Part shown: positions 1 to 10,321 of the stretch, piece by piece
Position numbering within the stretch: position 1 is the stretch's first letter
How the letters are laid out: every line of letters starts with the position of its first letter
Assembly: GCA_000004985.1 (NCBI GenBank)
Contig: GG738863.1
From: Naegleria gruberi
Lineage: Eukaryota
Length of the DNA: 64,000 nt
Direction: 5' to 3' (one strand)
Position numbers and translations under genes: made by a program
The notes under the pieces: model-generated
What the model was told of the DNA's origin: nothing
What the model saw: only the letters and a program-made list of their open reading frames with translations
The model's database searches: none

Positions 1-1
1 C

Positions 2-448
2 AAAATTGATGAATATGAAAAGGAATTATTTGGAGAAAAATTGGCTAATCCTGATAGTACTTTTATTTTGGGAGTTCAAATCAGAAAGAATTTACAGGAA
101 AATCTTTTCCACAATACTCCAGTGAGTATTTACTGGGACTGTGCAAAGCAAAGAATATCAGCCCTTGACACGAAAAAGTATAAGAAGGTCATTATCTTCC
201 TTACAAGTGATTATGTTCCTGCATATGATGAAGCCAAACATGTATTTAGTGAAATGAAAATTAAGGGAATTGAAATATCACTTGTTCACATGCCTCAAAA
301 CGTTCCAAAATCTAGATCTGTAGAATCTGTTCAAACTGCCTTGGTTGACTTGTATGTCATGATGAAAGCAGATGATTTAATTATGAGTGAAAAATCTACA
401 TGTAAGTTTATTGAAATATTTGACAATATTTACAAACTGGTTTGTTAA
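2..448 (+). CDS. 3'-terminal fragment of a glycosyltransferase-like protein (fucosyltransferase motif-III-like); the gene starts upstream of the window
   Basis: The open frame runs from window base 2 to TAA at 446-448 (ORF track 41..448). The C-terminal motif '...VDLYVMMKADDLIMSEKSTCKFIEIF' resembles the conserved C-terminal motif of GT11/GT23/GT65-type fucosyltransferases. The family assignment is weak. Confidence 0.3.
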   Translation, partial: KIDEYEKELFGEKLANPDSTFILGVQIRKNLQENLFHNTPVSIYWDCAKQRISALDTKKYKKVIIFLTSDYVPAYDEAKHVFSEMKIKGIEISLVHMPQNVPKSRSVESVQTALVDLYVMMKADDLIMSEKSTCKFIEIFDNIYKLVC

Positions 449-646
449 TCATTGCAAGTTGGTCATATTATTCACGCAACAGTAGGTATTGCTCCACTTT
501 TTGTCAGAAAGGAAGGAAAATATGAAAAGATTCCAAAATGTGTTAGAGCTCAAAATAGTGAACCTTGGTAAGTTATTTTTCGATATCAATATGTATTTAT
601 TAGATAATAGGTTCCATTTAAGATTTAGAAATCAACTCGAAAATTG

Positions 647-3162
647 TTAATCAGATTGGATTGCTTTCAAGCTGAGATGATCTGATACACTCTTTGGACT
701 TTCTAATGCTAAACGACTTGATCTAAGACCAAGTTTAATACATTTTTCAATTGGTTCATTACAGAAAAGTCCAAAGCAGAAACCTCCTGAAAAATTATCT
801 CCACATCCAGTTACATTAGCTATGAAATTATCAAGTCAGATATTGTAAGCTATCAGTACTATCAAAAATTTAACATACCTTTTGGATCAGAAAGTTTTTC
901 TCTCTTTGGAAGAGCTGCATAGTGCTTGATTACCATCTTCCCCTTTATAAGTGTTCCGTGTTTGAGTCCTTTTGGTCCCTTTTCAAAGAATTAGAATTTT
1001 AGTTTGTGATTCATTCAACTTACCTGTGTTAAAAGTACATGTTTAACACCAGCTTTTTCCAGTAAAACTCTAATGCATTCATCAGCACTCAGTTTAACTT
1101 TCTTTTTCAAAAAACATTCCACAATACTGAATATTTCATGCTCATTAGGTTTGATATAAGTGATACAATCAAGAATTCCTGCAACAACAGCTTGTTTTGA
1201 TTTGGCAATACTCGTTGGATCTAAAAAGATGTCTGCTTTACCTTTCAATAATTTTCCAATTGCTTTAAACGCATCGACTGAGGAGTTACTATCAAGGAAT
1301 ACTATTGGATTTTGCTTTTCATTAAGGAGGGAAGTAAGGCACATCTCTATATGTTTGGTGGTTTTGGCATCTGTCAAAATTGCCATATCTGCGACAGCTG
1401 AAACAAGTTCACCAGTTTCATCAATCAAACAATTGTAAATTGCAGTTCTGTTGTTAATATTCTCAATGACTGTTTTTTCTGGCATTTGAATTTTAAGATC
1501 ATACCTCAAGTGAGAAAGAAGAGATTTTCCAAATGTATCACCACCAACAGATGTAACAAAGTTGAGTGGTAATTTTTCAAGATCTGTAGATTGTAAGAGT
1601 TTTGAAAGTACCTCACATACATTTCTTGCCACACCCCCAAATGACAGTGACACTGATCCAATATTTGAAGTTTTTGGAATTAGTTTAGTACCTTGTTGTG
1701 GTTGACACATAATATCCAAAACTGAACCACCAATAACCACTAATTCACGTTTCTGGGATCCAAACGGAGATAATTTAGAAAGAATTGATTTTTTCTCAGA
1801 TTGAGCATACTTTAAGTCGTCCAAGAATAAATCTTTTTCTAGAGTTTTATCCAAGAAGTTATTCTATTTATTTACAATTACTGTTATTATAGTCAAATAA
1901 ATAATTAAATAAAGAAACTTACATTTAAACTTTGAATCTTGCTCAATTCAACAGCAATTTGTGCACCAACACGAGCATTATTCAAGACTAATTCAATATT
2001 AGCTCTCAAACTATCACCTCCTGTTAATTCGTTAATACGTTGTAAAAGGAATGGTGTAACATCCTTTCCTTTAACGTTCTTTTGTTTGGCTTCAGTTAAA
2101 CCTTGTTCAATGGCCTTAGTCAAGATTCCAGATTTAGCTTCCAAATTTTCTGGAATTGGAACAGCAACCAACATTCCAGAATTTAATCCAAGTTGAAGAT
2201 TTGAATTAATTAATTTGGCACATTCAAGAGGTGAATCCAATCTACAATGAGCTTTACAACCACTCTTTGATGTAAAGAAAGCAGGGAATTCATCAGTTTG
2301 ATAAGATGCTACTGTCACACCTTGAGTTTCTAAATATTCAAGAGTTCTTGGAATATCCAAAATTGATTTAACACCAGCAGAAACTACCAATGTTGGTGTT
2401 CTTCCTAATTCTGTCAAATCACTACTAACATCCATTGGATCAATTTCATTATTATTTAAAACTCTATGTACACCTCCAATACCACCTGTGACAAAGACAT
2501 GAATTCCAAAACGATGAGCCAAAAGCATTGTTGCAGAAACAGTAGTAGCACCATGTTTTTGTTGACTACAAACCAAAGCAACATCTCTTCTCGAACACTT
2601 TACAACTTTCTTTTCAGATCCTAATTTTCCAAATTTATCCAATTCTTGATCATTAATTCCAACATGAATAATACCATCAATAATACAAATAGTGGCAGGT
2701 GTAGCACCATATTTTCTAATTTGATCTTCAACACGTTTAGCAGTTTCAATATTCTTTGGATAAGGCATTCCATGACTATATTCATCGTTAAATTATTATT
2801 CAATTATTATTTAATATATATTTAAATTCAATATTAATATTAATTATTATTCATTGATCAAAAGATGATGAATTTAATTAAACTAACCTAATAATTGTAG
2901 ATTCCAATGCAACAACAGCCTTGTTTTGTGCGAGGGCTTCCTTTACTTCGGGATGAATCTTAGCCTTCACCAAATAATCATCAAATGAATTCTTCTTAGC
3001 CTTTTCAGCAGACATTGTATTCACTAAATTCGATTGATGTTGTTCAACAACAACAGGAGAGGAATTGCTTTGGAACATGGAAGCGAATTGGCTCACTCTA
3101 TTGGAAAACAAATGATCCCTGATGGAAAATAATCTTCTTTGTGTTGTATCGTTGTTTTGCAT
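647..3162 (-). CDS. Bifunctional pseudouridine-5'-phosphate glycosidase (PsuG/IndA-like) and pseudouridine kinase (pfkB family), fused; 5 exons
   Basis: Exons on the minus strand are 2888..3162, 1923..2775, 1024..1863, 879..978 and 647..819; introns are 2776-2887, 1864-1922, 979-1023 and 820-878, all GT..AG and in phase. Exon 1 ends '...KIHPEVKEALAQNKAVVALESTII' and splices to 'S-HGMPYP...', matching the bacterial PsuG N-terminus 'VALESTIISHGMPYP'. Exons 1-2 give a full PsuG (track ORFs 2878..3162 and 1905..2768). Exon 3 (track ORF 1015..1854) continues in frame into a pfkB kinase ('VVIGGSVLD', 'GGVARNV'). Exon 5 carries the pfkB signature 'NVTGCGDNFSGGF'. The stop TAA is the reverse complement of 647-649. 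Confidence 0.8.
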
Positions 3163-3346
3163 TTTTTTATTACTTTAATATTTAAATATTAAATATATTT
3201 AAATATATTAAAGTATTAAAGAATGAACAGATGGTAAAAAGAATGGAAAATCATGTGGTGAAAATTGTCTTTGGAGATTCTTTTTGGAAATCTTCAAAAC
3301 TCCTCGGAAATTCCATGAATTAGTTTCTTCCACACACTAGAAAAAA

Positions 3347-4579
3347 ATGTCTTCATCATCGGAGGAACACGTGCTGTCGCCAGCTCTATCAACATTCAGT
3401 GCTGTCGTATGTAAATCTATTCATCAGATGATTGTGAGATTTGAATTTATTGATTTTTAATATCTTTGTAATTGATGATTTTAATGATTTGATGTTTTAT
3501 TATATATATATTGGAATGATTATGATGATGAATTTAAATGATATAATATATAAACAGGTCGGATGGGGATACTTTTTAGCATGGTCACTTTCTTTCTATC
3601 CACAAAATATTGAAAATTTCTGGAGAAAGAGTGTTGTTGGTTTGAGTTTTGATTTCTTAACTTTGAATATTATTGGACACACTTCCTATTTGATTTTTAA
3701 TTGTGTCTTGTTTTGGGATCCTACAATGAAAAAGCAATATGAACTTAGACATGGCTCAGCAAATGTTCAAACAAATGATGTCTTCTTTTCGATACATGCA
3801 GTGACTTTGACTGCCATTACAATTTTCCAATGTATTATTTATGAAAGAGGTGGACAAACTATTTCAGTTCTTGCTAGAGGAATCAGTTTGACATTATTAT
3901 TGTCAATTAGTGTTGCTGTCTTTTTGGCATTAGGTACTAGAATTGAATGGGTTGACTTTTTAAAGTATTTGGGTATTGTTAAATTGTAAGTTTTTATTGA
4001 TGAGTGTTAAATATTGAAATTTGAAAAGAATTGTTACAACTATTAAGGTATGTTTTCAATCAGTTGATTAATTAATTAATTCATTCATGTAATTGGAAAT
4101 AGTACATTCCACAAGCATTTATCAATTACAAGAGAAAATTAACAATTGGTTGGAGTATTGGAAATATCTTGTTAGATTTTTCAGGAGGAGCTCTTTCAAT
4201 TTTCCAAATGGTCATTGATGGAATTAATACTGGAGATTGGACACCTTTCTATGGTGATTTCGTCAAGACAGGACTTGGATTCCTTTCTATTGCATTTGAT
4301 ATAATTTTCATGATTCAACATTACATTCTCTATCGTAAGAATAATAAGGAATATTATGCAAAATTGAGAGAAACTAGGAAATTATCCATGTATGAGGAGA
4401 TGTGGGAATCATTCAAGACTAAATTCCTTTCAAGATTTAGAAAGAATAGACAACAAGAACAACAACATTCTGAGAATGGTGAATCAAATCCATTAATTGT
4501 TTCGAATGGTGAATCTTTGGAACCAAATAATGTTCAATCATCAACATATTATCAACAAGAAGAAGGAGCAACCATTTAA
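3347..4579 (+). CDS. CTNS: Cystinosin homolog (PQ-loop lysosomal cystine transporter), 4 exons including a 19-nt micro-exon
   Basis: Exons are 3347..3406, 3558..3985, 4029..4047 and 4103..4579. Strong similarity to cystinosin: 'VGWGYFLAWSLSFYPQ...RKSVVGLSFDFLTLNIIG' (PQ-loop 1), 'NDVFFSIHAVTLTAI...YERGGQ' and 'GWSIGNILLDFSGGALSIFQM...IQHYILYRK' (PQ-loop 2). The micro-exon AATTGTTACAACTATTAAG restores '...KL-IVTTIK-YIPQAF', which aligns to human 'IKL-AVTLVK-YFPQAY'. Without it the flanking exons are out of phase. Confidence 0.8.
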
Positions 4580-5072
4580 ATTATGATGGTGTTTTTTTTC
4601 ATTTCAAACATTAAATATTTTGTAAAATACAATACTTCCATTTTTGTATAAACCACTATCTTGTTTAAATTGTCACTAATCATTAGAACAACAATAATTG
4701 TAAAAGATGGTTGTACAATATACCTTACGGTAGTTAGTTTCAGTTTTATGATTCCAAGTCAAGTTGATGAGTACTGACACTATTTCATAAAATAATCAAT
4801 TGACATCTAATGCCAATCTCTGCTTAATGTTTATTGTTTCGCTCTCATTACTCTTTTGAAATCGATTAATGCCTCAAAGATTCAATGTAACGATTTCGTA
4901 CTGGTAGTAGTTTCCTCACTTTTTTACAAATAACCGAAAAACAGTCAACTAACAAAAAACCTTCAAATGCTGTCACTATCTCCTTAATTTTAATGTAAAT
5001 TCATAAAGAAAAAGAGACAACCCTCACACTAATCAACAAGTGTATTTTAATTGGTTGACGTTTAAGAGAAAT

Positions 5073-5951
5073 ATGACTTCACTTTCAAATCCATCAAATA
5101 ACATTTTGACAGCTGCCATGAATAATTCAACAACTACTTACCATCAACAAGGACATGTTTCTGCAGAACAAGCCCTCCTTTCCATGATTAGTAATCCAAA
5201 CTCCTCCCTTTCATTCTCCAATCCAAATTCCAATAATTCCTTCTTACTTTCCAATAACTTTAATCCTCAACAACAACAACAAATCTTGAATTCCTCAGCC
5301 AATTCTCAACAGATTATGAATCCACAACAAGAATATATGAAACACATTCTAATGAGAATTGATCAATCTCTTGATATGGTCTCTCAAAATCTGTTCAGAG
5401 ATTTGGACAGTTTCTACATGATGCAACATCAAGAATTTAATCATAAAAAGAGAAAGTTTTCAGAATATGAAGAAGCTACTGATTACAATCATGGTATTGG
5501 TGCTGAGTTGATTGAAGAAGGTGCAGAGGGAGTTGGTTGTAACAATTCGTCCAATTTCGTCCAAAAATCAGCAGTTCAACAAGAACTTGACAATGAATCC
5601 ATTGAATTACAACAATTAACTGATTGGATTCAAAATAAGAAGAGAAAGAAGAATACCTCTCAAGGAAAAAAGGAAATTTTGAAAGAATTCTTAATGCTCA
5701 ATAAGAATAATCCATATCCATCCGAAAGACAGAAAGAAATTTTCATGAAGGAACTTGATTACGATAAGAAACAACTTAACAATTGGTTTATCAATGCTAG
5801 AAAGAGATATTTACGAAAGAAGGTTGCCTATACTCCACCAGATATTAGAAACAAGAATGAATTTGATTCAATTTTGGAAAATAAGGTTAGACAATCAATG
5901 AATCACAATGGAGAGGAAGATGATGAGCAGAATTTACCACTTCTCAACTAG
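5073..5951 (+). CDS. TALE-class homeodomain transcription factor, Asn/Gln/Ser-rich
   Basis: The homeodomain 'KKRKKNTSQGKKEILKEFLMLNKNNPYPSERQKEIFMKELDYDKKQLNNWFINARKRYLRK' carries the 3-aa loop extension (PYP) and the WFINARKR helix-3 signature. The first in-frame ATG is at 5073; the track ORF starts at 5040 on an alternative start codon. Confidence 0.8.
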   Translation: MTSLSNPSNNILTAAMNNSTTTYHQQGHVSAEQALLSMISNPNSSLSFSNPNSNNSFLLSNNFNPQQQQQILNSSANSQQIMNPQQEYMKHILMRIDQSLDMVSQNLFRDLDSFYMMQHQEFNHKKRKFSEYEEATDYNHGIGAELIEEGAEGVGCNNSSNFVQKSAVQQELDNESIELQQLTDWIQNKKRKKNTSQGKKEILKEFLMLNKNNPYPSERQKEIFMKELDYDKKQLNNWFINARKRYLRKKVAYTPPDIRNKNEFDSILENKVRQSMNHNGEEDDEQNLPLLN

Positions 5952-6043
5952 GAAATGCTAGGAAATTTAATATTCGAGTTTAAATAAATGTAAAATAATA
6001 ATGTAAATAATTATTCGAAAGTGAAAAAGTTTAATCAAAAAAA

Positions 6044-7198
6044 ATGAATAGACTTTGGGATGAATCATCATTGGAATCTGTGGATATTTTTTCTCATGTT
6101 TTTCAATATTTAAAGTTAGAGGAATTATATACGCTTCAAAAAGTTTCTCCCTTTTTTTACCGAACTATCGAATATTTAAAATCACTTCTCATCAAACCAC
6201 TCTTTGATATTGGAATAGTTTCAAGTGATAGGGATCAATTAGAAGACTTTATTCAACTTTTCCTAAAAGAAAAATTAACATCCACCAATCCGAAACCTTT
6301 CCACAATATAAATGAGCTAAAGACAAGCAACCAAAAAGACGAAATGCACAGTGTGAGTTTTAATGGATCACAAATTCACGTCTTCCACCCAATTGAAAAG
6401 GAATTCATTCTCAAAAAGGATCGATACAGAGTATTTTTCTATCCTCTTCTTTGTGAATACAAGACAAGTCTTGCCCATGGAGAATTCGAACGATTGGATG
6501 GGTTTATCTTTCTGAAACCGAAAGATTTGAGTATCTATGCCAGTATGCCGAGAGGTTGTGGCTATTGTGCAACTCTGTTGGAATTGGGAGAGTCTGGAAT
6601 AAGCTCTAATGATGAAGCATTGAGTATGCCAGTTAGTGAATTTGGAAAATTTAAAATTGAGAGAATGGAAAGATTGAATATCGAAAAGGAAATTATTAAT
6701 AGTCTGAATTATATTTCGGAAAATTCAGGTCGAGTATTGGATTTGAATTCTTCGGAGGAGGGTGGAGTGAAAACTTGTTTATTGGAGAAAATAGAGTCGA
6801 TTATAAGAGAGCCAAATGATGGAAAAGTTACTGATATGGTTTACTGTCTATTTAAAAAGAGGTTTAGTTTAAGATATTTGATATTGGCAGAGAAAGTGAG
6901 ATACACAGTAAGAAAATTGAATTTCTTCAATTTACCTCATAATGTTCAATTCAGTCTGTTGGAAAGATTGTACAGAGCTGAAATGGGACAGAATGCTGTC
7001 AAAATAATTGACGATGTGTATTCCATTAAGGTTATTTACAACAGCGGTTTAAAATATGTTCTAAACTATCAAAAAAACAAATGGGAAACAAAGGAATTTG
7101 AAACTACGATATTATTTGATTTGGTTTCTCAGGAAATTAGATTTGACAGCAAGCAAACGAACAGATACACTAATAATTCCAAATGTATAATTTGTTAA
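6044..7198 (+). CDS. Hypothetical protein with an N-terminal F-box-like motif
   Basis: A 384-aa single ORF with no recognisable catalytic domain. The N-terminus 'IFSHVFQYLKLEELYTLQKVSPFFYRTIEYLKSL' is F-box-like. Its stop lies 17 bp from the stop of the convergent neighbour. Confidence 0.4.
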   Translation: MNRLWDESSLESVDIFSHVFQYLKLEELYTLQKVSPFFYRTIEYLKSLLIKPLFDIGIVSSDRDQLEDFIQLFLKEKLTSTNPKPFHNINELKTSNQKDEMHSVSFNGSQIHVFHPIEKEFILKKDRYRVFFYPLLCEYKTSLAHGEFERLDGFIFLKPKDLSIYASMPRGCGYCATLLELGESGISSNDEALSMPVSEFGKFKIERMERLNIEKEIINSLNYISENSGRVLDLNSSEEGGVKTCLLEKIESIIREPNDGKVTDMVYCLFKKRFSLRYLILAEKVRYTVRKLNFFNLPHNVQFSLLERLYRAEMGQNAVKIIDDVYSIKVIYNSGLKYVLNYQKNKWETKEFETTILFDLVSQEIRFDSKQTNRYTNNSKCIIC

Positions 7199-7215
7199 TT
7201 AAATATTAAATTGAT

Positions 7216-9927
7216 TCAGTAATATTGATAACCATCCAACTGCTTAATTTTCGACTCTCTATCTCTATTAAAGGTTATTCTTTTTAGTATGTCACCTTCT
7301 TTTTCGAGGATTGTTATATGATCTAGCTGATCAGAATAAATAGCATCCCTTCGTTGTGTCAAAAAATCTTGTGCACTAAGGGTTGAATAGGTTGGCTCAG
7401 CACTTCCATGTTCAAGAATATCATCATATTCCTCAATGCATACATTAGAAATCATACTGTCATCACTGTAATAAGTTTCCTCATTTGATGATTCGCTGTC
7501 ACTACTTTCAGTATCACTCTCATATCTATTTTTGAGCAAGTTGATTGGTGTTTCAGTTTCATAATCTTTATCCATTTCATCATCTTGAGTTTCATCCAAA
7601 TAACTTGACTCAAATTGTCCTTCAATAATCTCAATTAAGGTGTTCAAAATTGTTTCATCACGAATAAACTTTTCCAGTTGATTTCTTACTTCTTCTGAAT
7701 TAATTTGCATTATTTCTACCAAATTATTTTCAAATTCTCCAAGTTTCACATATTCCCTATCAACACTTTGGTAATCTAAATTTGTTGTGGAGGTAATCAA
7801 AGATCCAGCCAAAGACACATCTGCACCAATAATAAAATCTCTCTCAGAGAAATTGGCAATATCTTCAGCAAGAGTGAAATTGTTGGAGATTAAATTCTCA
7901 CAAGCTTGTTGAATAAACATCTTGGCATTTGGCATGATTTTGATATCACACTTGAAATCGAGTGAAGTTTCTTGAATAAGAGGCCCTATATGATTTTTTG
8001 GAATTACTAAATCTTTTCTGAAAACAAACTCTGGTCCTATTGTAATACTTGTTTCATCATTGGTTGTTTCAGTTACTACCTCTTTTGGTTGTTCGTCATC
8101 TTGATCATTTTCTATTGAATTGGCTTTTCTCTTTAGAATTTTAACAAAGTTTCCATCATCTTGTTCACTCATATATCCATTCATCATATTAACAAAGTCA
8201 AAATATTCGTATCTACTATAACTCCAATCAACAAGCTCAAGTTCTTCAAGAGGTTTCCGTAATTTTCTCAAATTTTCATTGTAAACGTAATCCTTGTGAG
8301 GATTTCTCTTTCTTTTCGATGCTTTTACATTTTTCATTTCCTTCACAACCCATTCGTACGACAATCCATACTCATTTTCAGATTCATCAGATTCGTCAGA
8401 ATCATCAGAATCTTCATCCATTAATTCATCATTGAATGATTTTTCTACAATTACGAATTCCTTCATTGGTGTATAATGTTTGTCATCTACAACACCTGCT
8501 TCATCCAACAAGATGCCCTTCTCCAAGCTCAGCTTGTGAAGATCGTTTGGTCTGTCGACATCTTTGATTTTCTCCACTGTATCAAATGTTATATTCACTT
8601 GTCCATATTTTCCTTCCAATATTTCAAGTATTTGAGATTGTTCTGAATTGACTTCACCAATTTTGCAAAGAGTGAAACAGTTGAGTTTCCTTCCTCTGTG
8701 TTCAATTTTTGATTCAACAAATGGATTTGCCAAGTATTTGTGAATTAGCAATTCACACATTTCAACATTTCTCTTTTTGACTGCATGATGAAGAATTGTC
8801 AATCCACATCCATCATGAATATAGGTCTTTACATGTGCCTCAAGACAAACATTCAAACAATCCAAACTTGATGTATTCGAAAGAGAGGCAAGTGTTGTTT
8901 CATTCTTATTTCCAACATTTAAACACCATTCCAATAATTGTGAACTGTTTATCCAAACTGCCAAATGTTGTAAATAAAATCCTTTTGATATCTTTGGTAT
9001 AAAACTATCAAATACTTCACATGTTTCATAATTTCTCTTCATACCAATATCACTGAATCTCATTCTATCAACCTTAATTCCACACACTCTCAGTTTTTTC
9101 ATTATATTGGTTACTAAACATGAACTGATTGAACTACCAGATACTAAACATGAACTATCTGAGTTATTTGATTCTTTTTTCAAACAGTTAATACCTTGAA
9201 ACTTTTCAATAATAAATAAAATGTAATCTCTTGGAATGCAAGAGTATGTATCATCCAATTCACTCCAGCAGTTCGCAATATCTTCATCAAACAAACTTCG
9301 TGTTTCAATGATTTCTAATAAATTCTTGTCAAAAATGATTTTATCATTCCATTCAATTTCTTTTGGTTTCTCTTGCCATGAATTCACAAGTTTAACAGCT
9401 GGTTCAAATAATTTGCCAAAAAACAATCCAATAGGAATTGAGACTTGACCCATTCCAATGTGTGAAATCATCTCTCTTCCTAAACATGATTGAATCATTG
9501 CTTTTAACACCAATGCCTTCTCTTTCGAATAACTTTTAATCCATTCTTCAAATCTTTCAAATAAATTCATTGATTTATCATCATTTTCAGATTCATACGT
9601 AATTAATTCTTCATCTCTTGTAAGATAGACAACCTGGCTTTCTTCATCCTTGGTAAAATCTTTGAATTTGTTTCTATGAGTTTTAAATAATAATTGATCA
9701 TGAAATGCATGTGTTGGAAAGAAGGAATCGGAATCTGAAAATTTATTATTCTTTCCTCTCAATTGATTCATCAAAACATTCCAAAAAGCAGCTTCATCAT
9801 CAAGCAGAACTCGGAATGTTTTGTTAATGTTTCTAAAAGTGATAATTTGATGAAACAATTGATATGGATCCACTTGAAAATAAAAGATGTTTTCCAATAT
9901 TTCATTGGGCAGATCTGTTAATAACAT
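7216..9927 (-). CDS. F-box-like / ankyrin-repeat protein with acidic low-complexity tracts (903 aa)
   Basis: The N-terminus 'LLTDLPNEILENIFYF...FRNINKTFRVLL' is F-box-like. An internal ankyrin-like segment reads 'GLTILHHAVKKRNVEMCELLIHKY'. Several D/E/S-rich runs are present. Single long ORF. Confidence 0.5.
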   Translation of the reverse strand: MLLTDLPNEILENIFYFQVDPYQLFHQIITFRNINKTFRVLLDDEAAFWNVLMNQLRGKNNKFSDSDSFFPTHAFHDQLLFKTHRNKFKDFTKDEESQVVYLTRDEELITYESENDDKSMNLFERFEEWIKSYSKEKALVLKAMIQSCLGREMISHIGMGQVSIPIGLFFGKLFEPAVKLVNSWQEKPKEIEWNDKIIFDKNLLEIIETRSLFDEDIANCWSELDDTYSCIPRDYILFIIEKFQGINCLKKESNNSDSSCLVSGSSISSCLVTNIMKKLRVCGIKVDRMRFSDIGMKRNYETCEVFDSFIPKISKGFYLQHLAVWINSSQLLEWCLNVGNKNETTLASLSNTSSLDCLNVCLEAHVKTYIHDGCGLTILHHAVKKRNVEMCELLIHKYLANPFVESKIEHRGRKLNCFTLCKIGEVNSEQSQILEILEGKYGQVNITFDTVEKIKDVDRPNDLHKLSLEKGILLDEAGVVDDKHYTPMKEFVIVEKSFNDELMDEDSDDSDESDESENEYGLSYEWVVKEMKNVKASKRKRNPHKDYVYNENLRKLRKPLEELELVDWSYSRYEYFDFVNMMNGYMSEQDDGNFVKILKRKANSIENDQDDEQPKEVVTETTNDETSITIGPEFVFRKDLVIPKNHIGPLIQETSLDFKCDIKIMPNAKMFIQQACENLISNNFTLAEDIANFSERDFIIGADVSLAGSLITSTTNLDYQSVDREYVKLGEFENNLVEIMQINSEEVRNQLEKFIRDETILNTLIEIIEGQFESSYLDETQDDEMDKDYETETPINLLKNRYESDTESSDSESSNEETYYSDDSMISNVCIEEYDDILEHGSAEPTYSTLSAQDFLTQRRDAIYSDQLDHITILEKEGDILKRITFNRDRESKIKQLDGYQYY

Positions 9928-10321
9928 TTTTTTTAGCTAATTCTATTCATAATCGATTGGATTTGAAATTGGCATTCTGTTCACTCAAGTTTTATTATCA
10001 ATACAAGTCAATTAATCTGTTTTAAGGGAAGTTAATTCTAGTTTACTATATCTTTTGGTAATTGTAAATTATTTGATTCCATTCATTCACACAACCTTAA
10101 TTGTTAGTGTTTGTACTTGTAATTTGCAACTTGATTTATGTAATAAATTGAAAATTGAGGACCTTATCATCAATAACTTACCAAGTTGTTCAAACAATAG
10201 TTGTTCAAAATCAATGATCTAAACTATACACCTAGATTTTTTACAAATCCAAACGTATCGATAGGATATTACGACTCTATTGTAAAATGTGATTGGAATT
10301 AACTCCGAGGACAATTTAAAA

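Noticed and set aside
647-2768. Adjacent psuG and psuK interpreted as a bacterial-style operon or prokaryotic contamination
   Set aside because: The genes contain GT..AG introns and have eukaryotic AT-rich flanks. They are fused in frame across an intron. The rest of the contig is unambiguously eukaryotic.
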